Shown: positions 25,624 to 31,801 of the stretch, one piece after another
How the letters are laid out: each line of letters opens with the position of its first letter
Numbering within the stretch: position 1 is the stretch's first letter
From: an uncultured Chloroflexota bacterium
Lineage (GTDB): Bacteria; Chloroflexota; Limnocylindria; Limnocylindrales; Limnocylindraceae
DNA length: 31,801 bases
Assembly: GCA_903851225.1 (NCBI GenBank)
Contig: CAINNT010000082.1
Span: 1 to 31,801, forward strand
Reading direction: 5' to 3'
The notes under the pieces: model-generated
Databases searched by the model: none
Told to the model about the DNA's origin: nothing
The model's input: only the letters and a program-made list of their open reading frames with translations
Translations under genes and position numbers: made by a program

Positions 25624-26739
25624 TCAGGAAGGCGTGCGCACCGGCATCACAACGTGCAGGTAGTCGCGACCGTCAAGCGGACGAAGCAACCCGGGTGCGA
25701 CAGGGCCAGTGAGCTCAAGTGCAAATTGATCGGCATCAACCCGCGAGAGCACATCGACGAGGTACTTCGCGTTGAATGCGATCGTCGTTCCCTCGCCCTC
25801 TACTTTCGCTTCGACGTGCGCGGCGTGATCGCCTACGTCTGCCGCTGCGGTGATGTCGATCGCGCCGCCGTTTGTCGTCGTGATCGCGAAGCGCACGATA
25901 TGGGCGGACGCATCGGCAACAACCTGGGCCAACTTCACCGCCGAGAGGAAACTGTCGCGCTCGAGAGTCACCTTTGTGGTGTGGCTCGTTGGAACAACCT
26001 GCTGGAAGTTCGGGAACTGTCCTTCGATCAAGCGGCTGACCAGCATGGTGTCACCAAGCTTGAACTGCAGCTGGTTCTTGGTTGGGGTAAAGGTGATCTC
26101 AACAAGATCCTCCACATCAGAGAGTAGGCGCAACAGCTCTGCATACGAACGGGCGGGCACAATCAGGCTCGTCTCTGGTGCAGCTTCAGCGAGCGCCGCG
26201 CCCGCCACGGCGATGCGGTAGTTATCGGCCGCTGCGAATGTCGCCTTCTCGCCGGTGAACTTCGTCAGCACACCGGTAAGAATCGGTCGCGCCTCATCAC
26301 CGGCGGCGGCAAATACGGTTGATTCAAGTGCAGCCCGTAGGGCCTTTTGGGTAATCCGCGCCGTTGGCCGCTCGCCTGCAGCGCCGACCGGTGGGTAGTC
26401 ATCGGCAGAGGTGGCGCGAAGGTGCGAGGCGTTTCGACCACACTTGATCTGCGCGCGACCGTCGTCGAGAAGCGACAGGTCAATCTTCTCGTTTGGGAGC
26501 CCGTTCACCACATCGGCGAGCAGCCGGGCGGGGATGGTGGTGGAGCCCTTCTCTTCCACCTTTGCTGGCACCCAGTGCGTGATTGCGATCTCCAGGTTTG
26601 TAGCAACTAAGCGAAGCCCGCCATCCTCGGTGCCGAGGTAGACGTTCGACAGAATAGGCAGGGCGTTGCGGACGGCGACGGCATGGCCGACGACGGCGAG
26701 CCCGCGAGCAAGGTGGTCCTGGATTACCGAGAGTTTCAT
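25624..26739 (-). CDS. dnaN: DNA polymerase III beta clamp
   Basis: ATG 26739 with GGAGG SD; LPILSNV, ATNLEI, RPILTGV, RLIEGQFPNF, IAFNAKYL, VVMPVR. Confidence 0.97.
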   Translation of the reverse strand: MKLSVIQDHLARGLAVVGHAVAVRNALPILSNVYLGTEDGGLRLVATNLEIAITHWVPAKVEEKGSTTIPARLLADVVNGLPNEKIDLSLLDDGRAQIKCGRNASHLRATSADDYPPVGAAGERPTARITQKALRAALESTVFAAAGDEARPILTGVLTKFTGEKATFAAADNYRIAVAGAALAEAAPETSLIVPARSYAELLRLLSDVEDLVEITFTPTKNQLQFKLGDTMLVSRLIEGQFPNFQQVVPTSHTTKVTLERDSFLSAVKLAQVVADASAHIVRFAITTTNGGAIDITAAADVGDHAAHVEAKVEGEGTTIAFNAKYLVDVLSRVDADQFALELTGPVAPGLLRPLDGRDYLHVVMPVRTPS

Positions 26740-27056
26740 CTGTTCCTCCACAAGCTGATTCCCCCTCTAGGGTACTAGTCTCTTACCTGTTGTATCTCGT
26801 CATCACCGTATTCGTACTGTGGGCGGCGTGGAGACCCGCGCTCGCCCTCGCACAAACCGGCCGTGGGAAGCCCCCCTCCCCCCGTGGAGAACCCACAGGG
26901 CCACCACGCACAACCCTGTAGCCGCTGGGGAGAGCCTGCGGAGAACCCTCGTCGCTTATCCACACCCCACCCCACACCAGGGCGGGCAGCCCCCCACGAA
27001 ACCACAGCAAAAGCGGCGTTATCCACGAGATGTCCACACTCGCGCCGGCGGTGAGC
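26740..27056. other. Putative replication origin oriC (dnaA-dnaN intergenic region) with DnaA boxes
   Basis: Perfect TTATCCACA 26956-26964 (+); TTATCCACG 27019-27027 (+); ATGTCCACA 27030-27038 (+); TTCTCCACG 26883-26891 (-); TTCTCCGCA 26937-26945 (-); GTCTCCACG 26827-26835 (-); less GC-rich stretch ~26755-26820; gene orientation flips near here. Confidence 0.8.
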
Positions 27057-28484
27057 TTAGGTGCGAGCGGCAACCCCTTGGCCGAGTCGAAGGAGGGCCT
27101 CGCGCAACAAGGCAACCTCTCGGCGCAACTCGCCGTCGTAGGTCATCTCCCGCTCAATTTTGGTGCACGCATGAATGACAGTGGAGTGGTCTCGCCCGCC
27201 GAGGGCGGCACCGATCCGCACGAGGGAGGCGTCGGTCTCCTCGCGAGAGAGGTATGCCGCGATCTGTCGCGGAGTCACGATCTCCCGGTCGCGCTTTGGT
27301 CCACGGAGCTGCTCGACCGTGAGGCTGAAGTGCTCGGCGACCGCGGCGACAACCTGCTCTGGCTCGAGGATGCGCTTCGGGTTCGGGTAAACCGCTTCGT
27401 TCAGAACACGCGCAGCGAGCTCCATTGTGACCGGCATGCCACTCAGGCGGCCAACCGCAACAAGGCGCGTCAGCGCACCCTCAAGTTCGCGCACATTGCT
27501 CTGTACGCGCCGCGCAACTTGTTCCACGACATCGTTTGCAACGATGACGCCGCTCTCTTCCGCCTTTGCGCGCAAGATTGCAATACGCGTTTCAAGATCT
27601 GGCGACGAGATGTCGGCGATAAGCCCCCACTCAAATCGCGAGCGAAGACGCTCCTCAAGCAACGAGATTTCTTTCGGTGTTCGATCCGACGTCAACACGA
27701 TCTGTTTTCCCGCGGAGTGCAGCGCGTTGAACGTATGGAAGAACTCTTCCTGCGTTCGCTCTTTATCAGCAAGGAACTGAATGTCGTCGATGAGAAGTAC
27801 ATCAATCTTCCGGAATCGCGAACGGAACGCCTCAGCACCACCCTGTTGGATGCTGGTGATGAACTCGTTCGTGAACGCCTCTCCGGTGATGTACAACACC
27901 TGACGCTTTGGCGAGCGTTCAGCGACAGCGTTGCCGATTGCGTGCAGCAAGTGCGTTTTACCAAGGCCGGTACCGCCATACAAGAAGAGTGGGTTGTATG
28001 CCCCACCCGGCCGCTCAGAAACCGAGAGCGACGCTGCATGCGCCAATCGATTCGCTGCGCCAACAACGTAGGTGGCAAACGTGTAGCGTGCATTCAAGTT
28101 CGTTGCACGTGTTGGGGCGTCGCGATCAACGATACGCACGCTCTCTTGTGGCGCGGCAACACGTGGGGTCGCATCGCCTGCAGCGACACCCTTCCCTTTT
28201 GCAGCGAGCGCACCGTGCGCATCGAGCTCGGCATCGCTGACGACCTCAACAGAGAGGGTGACGCTATAACCAACAACCTTCGCCAGTGTCTGTGCGATCA
28301 GGGAGCGGTAGCGCTCATCAACCCAATCTTTTGCAAACCCCGAGGGAACGCCGAGAACGAAGGTCGCCGTTGGCTCATCAACGCGGAGAAGTGCGGTGCG
28401 ACGGAACCAGGTCTCAAAGGTGGCCTGCGAGAGGCTGATCTCCAGCTCTCCGAGGACCGCGCGCCAGACCTGTCGTCGATCCAT
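27057..28484 (-). CDS. dnaA: Chromosomal replication initiator DnaA
   Basis: Start reassigned to ATG 28484 (GGAGG SD; 475 aa); FETWF, YNPLFLYGGTGLGKTHLL, LLIDDIQF, EEFFHTFN, RSRFEWGL, NVRELEGAL, GRDHSTV. Confidence 0.98.
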   Translation of the reverse strand: MDRRQVWRAVLGELEISLSQATFETWFRRTALLRVDEPTATFVLGVPSGFAKDWVDERYRSLIAQTLAKVVGYSVTLSVEVVSDAELDAHGALAAKGKGVAAGDATPRVAAPQESVRIVDRDAPTRATNLNARYTFATYVVGAANRLAHAASLSVSERPGGAYNPLFLYGGTGLGKTHLLHAIGNAVAERSPKRQVLYITGEAFTNEFITSIQQGGAEAFRSRFRKIDVLLIDDIQFLADKERTQEEFFHTFNALHSAGKQIVLTSDRTPKEISLLEERLRSRFEWGLIADISSPDLETRIAILRAKAEESGVIVANDVVEQVARRVQSNVRELEGALTRLVAVGRLSGMPVTMELAARVLNEAVYPNPKRILEPEQVVAAVAEHFSLTVEQLRGPKRDREIVTPRQIAAYLSREETDASLVRIGAALGGRDHSTVIHACTKIEREMTYDGELRREVALLREALLRLGQGVAART

Positions 28485-28732
28485 TCCGCAGCGCCCTCCA
28501 CTATTCCGTCGGTGTGCGCCACCAACACTGCGGCAGAAGGGCGGGGTCGCCGAGGAGTCGGCGAAGCCACCCTGTTGCAAGGTAGATTCTGTGCTGACCG
28601 GCCTGCGCCTGCCCCTCCCACAGCCCCGAACCGAGAGCCCAACCGACGGTGTGATGTCGTGTGGTCCCTTTGTGGGGAGGCGGAGAATAGCACCCGCCAT
28701 AGTTCCTGCAAGCCCCGACCCGCTCCAATTTT

Positions 28733-28807
28733 AGATACCCCCTAGGGGTATCTCGGGAAATTCCCGTTACAGGGGTAGTGGCAGGGGTGGCAATTGACAC
28801 CCCTGCC
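28733..28807. repeat. Cluster of three inverted repeats in the dnaA-rpmH divergent promoter region
   Basis: AGATACCCC-CTA-GGGGTATCT (28733-28753); CGGGAA-A-TTCCCG (28754-28766); GGCAGGGGTG-N8-CACCCCTGCC (28780-28807). Confidence 0.75.
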
Positions 28808-28823
28808 CGCAAGGGACGATACT
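28794..28823 (+). promoter_or_regulatory. Sigma70-type promoter for the rpmH-rnpA-yidD-yidC-jag operon
   Basis: Perfect -35 TTGACA 28794-28799, 18-nt spacer, weak -10 GATACT 28818-28823. Confidence 0.5.
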
Positions 28824-28940
28824 TCCCCTCTCAGAACCGCCCCCTTCGCGGCCTGAGAGAAAACCAGGAAGAACCCCTCGGGGGCCACCGCTACCAACGG
28901 CAATCGTGGCACCCGAGACCACCGGATCGGAGCGATACCA

Positions 28941-29075
28941 ATGAAGCGAACGTATCAGCCGAAGAAGCGCCAGCGGTTCCGCGAGCACGGATTCCGCAAG
29001 CGCATGTCGACAACGTCCGGCCGCAGGGTTCTTGCCCGACGCCGCGCACGCGGTCGCAAGCGTCTCACCGTCTGA
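28941..29075 (+). CDS. rpmH: 50S ribosomal protein L34
   Basis: Below the ORF-track cutoff; translated by hand: [44 protein letters not shown]. Confidence 0.97.
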   Translation: MKRTYQPKKRQRFREHGFRKRMSTTSGRRVLARRRARGRKRLTV

Positions 29076-29110
29076 TCAGGGCGGCGCGTTCGCGCCCCAG
29101 GAGCATTGAC

Positions 29111-29449
29111 ATGTTGCGCACACCCTCTGACTTCGCCGCGTTGAGCGTCGCACCCGGCGTTACCACGCCGCTGCTCGGCGTTCGTCATCGAACCGTTCCT
29201 ACAACTGATAGTTCGGCACCGCTCCGTCTCGGTATCGCGACGAGCCGCAAGGTTGGGAACGCCGTTGTGCGCAACCGCATTCGACGCCGACTGAAGAGCA
29301 TCGCGCGCGAGCTTGCACCACAGGTCCGACCCGGCGCAGAGATCTTGGTCGGCGTTCGCACTGCTGCAAGCACCGCAACGAGTGCGGAGTTGCGCGCCGC
29401 GCTTACGGATTGTCTGCATCGCGCAAACCTGATGGAGATCGCATCGTGA
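29111..29449 (+). CDS. rnpA: Ribonuclease P protein component
   Basis: ATG 29111 with AGGAG SD; RLGIATSRKVGNAVVRNRIRRRLK (RNR motif). Confidence 0.93.
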   Translation: MLRTPSDFAALSVAPGVTTPLLGVRHRTVPTTDSSAPLRLGIATSRKVGNAVVRNRIRRRLKSIARELAPQVRPGAEILVGVRTAASTATSAELRAALTDCLHRANLMEIAS

Positions 29450-29682
29450 GCACGCTGCGCCGCATCGTTGGCCTCCCAGCCCTCGCCGGACGACTGCTCA
29501 TCAAAGCGTATCGGGTGGTGTTCTTTTGGCTCCCGTCGAGCTGCCGCTTTGAGCCGAGCTGCTCGCGCTACACAGAGGAGGCGATCGTGAAGTACGGACT
29601 ACTCAAAGGTTCATGGATGGGGGCGAAGCGCATCGCGCGCTGCTCGCCACTCAGCGCTGGCGGATTGGATCCAGTTCGATGA
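29446..29682 (+). CDS. yidD: Membrane protein insertion efficiency factor YidD
   Basis: GTG 29446 overlaps the rnpA stop; CRFEPSCSRY, RIARCSP..GGLDPV. Confidence 0.93.
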   Translation: MSTLRRIVGLPALAGRLLIKAYRVVFFWLPSSCRFEPSCSRYTEEAIVKYGLLKGSWMGAKRIARCSPLSAGGLDPVR

Positions 29683-30794
29683 GCCGCCGCACATTGAAGA
29701 CGCTTGGGCTTCTGGGCCTGGCACTTCTCGTAGTTGCCGCATGCGCCCCAGACACTGCTGGCGCAACTGCGACCCCAATCCCATCGCCACTCGCGCCAGT
29801 AAGCCCAGGTGGGGACCCGTTCCAACTTCTCTCGTGGCTCTTCACACCGGTATTCCAAGCGCTCTTTATCGGACTGGTTCTCCTCGACAAGCTGACTGGT
29901 GACATCGGTATCTCCATCCTTCTTCTCACCTTGGTGATTCGCATCATCTTGATCTCGCCGTATCGCAAGCAACTGGTGAGCCAAAAGCGCACGCAGCTAC
30001 TCGCGCCAGAGGTGGCCGAGATTCAGCGTCGCTACAAGGGCGACAAGGTCAAGATCCAGCAGGCGCAGATGGAGCTCTACAGGTCACGGGGTGTGAGCCC
30101 GTTTGGCGGCTGCCTGCCAACTCTGCTGCAATTCATCGTGCTGATCCCGATGTATGCGGTCATCTCAAGCGGACTGACAAACCCAGAGCCTCAGGCGATG
30201 TTGCGAGTCTTCGGCTTCGATATCGGCGCTGCGATCGGGTTCACCTGCGCAACAGCTGATGCAACCCAGCCTTGCATCGAAGCAAGCGTGCCGTGGCTCG
30301 GCTTGGAAAACGCATCGCTCCCATCCGTTATCGACGTCGCTGGGTTCGGCGTTTCAATTCTCGCCGTCATCAGCGCACTGCTTCAGGTTATCCAGACGCG
30401 CATGGTGATCAATCCGAATGCATCGAAGAACGATCCAATGTCAGGCGCACAGGGTCAGACCATGGTGCTCCTGCCGCTCATCTCGGTACTGTACGGCGGG
30501 ATTCTTCCTGCCGGCCTGTTCATCTACTGGATCTCGTCCACGCTGTTCTCGATTGGCCAGCAGTACTTGATCCTCGGTTTCGGTGGGCTCTTCCCGCTCT
30601 TTGGTTGGACGCCCGCCTTTGCCGTTAACCATGCCCCGAGGTTCCCAGTGACGATGCCGGAATCAGTTCCGGATGTTGCTGGGGAGGCGGCGGTTCCACA
30701 CGAGCGAACGGAGCTTGATCGCGCCGCATCAGCGGCCGCCACGATCCGTTCGGCAAAGAAGCGCGACCGACACGGTCGACGAGGGAGTAGGTAA
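29679..30794 (+). CDS. yidC: Membrane protein insertase YidC/Oxa1 with lipoprotein signal
   Basis: ATG 29679; lipobox VAAC, LVIR, EIQRRYKGD, QMELYR, GGCLPTLLQ, GLFIYWISS..QQY. Confidence 0.95.
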   Translation: MSRRTLKTLGLLGLALLVVAACAPDTAGATATPIPSPLAPVSPGGDPFQLLSWLFTPVFQALFIGLVLLDKLTGDIGISILLLTLVIRIILISPYRKQLVSQKRTQLLAPEVAEIQRRYKGDKVKIQQAQMELYRSRGVSPFGGCLPTLLQFIVLIPMYAVISSGLTNPEPQAMLRVFGFDIGAAIGFTCATADATQPCIEASVPWLGLENASLPSVIDVAGFGVSILAVISALLQVIQTRMVINPNASKNDPMSGAQGQTMVLLPLISVLYGGILPAGLFIYWISSTLFSIGQQYLILGFGGLFPLFGWTPAFAVNHAPRFPVTMPESVPDVAGEAAVPHERTELDRAASAAATIRSAKKRDRHGRRGSR

Positions 30795-31696
30795 TGGCGA
30801 ACGAGAGTGCATATCAGGAGTTCACCGGCAAGAGCGTCGAAGAGGCACTGAAGGGTGCGTGTGAGGCGTTCAAGGTTGGCATCGGTGATCTCGATTTCGA
30901 GATCATCGCACCAGGATCACGTGGCGTTCTCGGGATGGGCGCCGAGCCTGCCCGAATCGTCGCTGCGCCAATCAGTGCGCTGGGCGGCGCCGCACCAAAG
31001 CGCGCTGGAGAGCCAAGCCGACCAGCTCCAGCCCCTGTTCGCGAAGAACGCGGGCCACGACCGGCACCACGTCGCGATGCACCGGTAGCGCGAACCGCTG
31101 CCTCGCAAGCGGGGGGACGGCCAGCACCGCGCGGAGATCGCGGACCACGACCTGAGCGTGCACCGCGACCAGAGCGCGCACCACGCGAGGATCGCGAGCC
31201 GCGAGAGCGACGCGAGCGCAGCGAGACAACCCCAGAGATGATCAGCGGCGGCAAGGAGATCCTTGAGACGCTCGTGAAGCATCTCGGCTTTGACGCAGAG
31301 GTGCGCGTGACCGGAACGGGCGCCGACAGCGTGTTGAACGTCGCTGGCACCTCACCAGAGGCAGTCGACGAGCTGAACAGCCTCATCGGTGGTCGCGGCG
31401 AGCGACTGCAGGCGATCCAGCATCTCGTGAACCTGATGCTCAGCCGCAAGATGGGCGAATGGGCCCGCGTCACCGTTGACATCGAAGAGTATCGAGGTCG
31501 ACGCGAGGCGCAGCTCCGCGCACTCGCGCGCAAGGCGGCAGACCGCGTCAAGGAGACCGGCCGCGCAGTGCAGCTTGAGCCGATGACGGCGCTGGAGCGC
31601 CGCTGGATTCACGTTGAGCTTCAGGAGATGGACGGCATTGCGACCGAGTCGGCGGGCGAAGAGCCCGAGCGACGCGTTGTCGTCATCCCGGCCTAA
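30794..31696 (+). CDS. jag: RNA-binding protein Jag/KhpB (EloR)
   Basis: Jag_N (GKSVEEAL..GVLGMG), KH (LIGGRGERLQAIQHL, DIEEYR), R3H (LEPMTALERRWIH, GEEPERRVVV). Confidence 0.94.
   Translation: MANESAYQEFTGKSVEEALKGACEAFKVGIGDLDFEIIAPGSRGVLGMGAEPARIVAAPISALGGAAPKRAGEPSRPAPAPVREERGPRPAPRRDAPVARTAASQAGGRPAPRGDRGPRPERAPRPERAPREDREPRERRERSETTPEMISGGKEILETLVKHLGFDAEVRVTGTGADSVLNVAGTSPEAVDELNSLIGGRGERLQAIQHLVNLMLSRKMGEWARVTVDIEEYRGRREAQLRALARKAADRVKETGRAVQLEPMTALERRWIHVELQEMDGIATESAGEEPERRVVVIPA
31145..31189 (+). repeat. Imperfect 18-nt tandem repeat encoding (PRPERA)2-PRE in the Jag linker
   Basis: CCACGACCTGAGCGTGCA / CCGCGACCAGAGCGCGCA / CCACGCGAG. Confidence 0.7.
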
Positions 31697-31712
31697 TCCA
31701 CTCTCGGCAACC

Positions 31713-31801
31713 ATGCCGACGAAAGATCCAAAACGGGAAGCGCACTTCCCTGCAATCGAGAAGCGGCACGGCGAGCCGATGAAGCACTGGTTCGCTGTGA
31801 T
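31713..31801 (+). CDS. Partial CDS, DUF4287-like protein (runs off the window edge)
   Basis: MPTKDPKREAHFPAIEKRHGEPMKHWFAV resembles the FPxIEKxxG..W start of DUF4287 proteins (recalled pattern, not searched). Confidence 0.55.
   Translation, partial: MPTKDPKREAHFPAIEKRHGEPMKHWFAV

Noticed and set aside
26790-26820. Possible DnaA-trio repeats next to the leftmost DnaA box
   Set aside because: Some 3-nt periodicity of A on the minus strand, but too irregular to call.
28485-28700. 72-aa N-terminal extension of DnaA
   Set aside because: DnaA domain I begins at MDRRQVW with a GGAGG SD; the extension looks non-coding.
27030-28745. 571-aa plus-strand ORF opposite dnaA
   Set aside because: Codon-mirror shadow of dnaA; no SD or domain evidence.
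1-31801. CRISPR arrays, tRNA/rRNA genes, IS elements, prophage or defence genes
   Set aside because: No repeat-spacer arrays, cloverleaf-like sequences, transposase or integrase motifs, or terminal inverted repeats were seen, including at the nuoI split junctions.

Overview
High-GC bacterial chromosomal window spanning the replication origin. The right part holds jag-yidC-yidD-rnpA-rpmH divergent from dnaA-[oriC]-dnaN-recF-dciA. The middle holds accessory genes: a membrane beta-propeller protein, a DUF151 nuclease, a GT2 plus a giant double GT-C/PMT glycosyltransferase, a cupin, a degenerate PurH, folK and an NDUFAF7/MidA-like methyltransferase. The left 12 kb is a complex I (nuo) operon on the minus strand. 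The main finding is its architecture: A-B-C-D-H-[NuoI N-half::NuoE]-NuoF-[NuoG Fe-S::GltD::NuoI C-half]-J-K-L-M. nuoI appears split between its two 4Fe-4S motifs by an inserted three-gene electron-input cassette of Hox/Hyd (Bfu/NfnABC-like) type. In that cassette the NuoE and NuoF cofactor motifs are eroded, while an intact NADPH-type GltD flavodomain is nested inside the NuoG N5 motif. This suggests a complex I fed by NADPH, whose N6a/N6b clusters are ligated by two different polypeptides. All assignments come from motif recognition by eye. No database search was run, so novelty is unverified. A Chloroflexota-like origin is only an impression.
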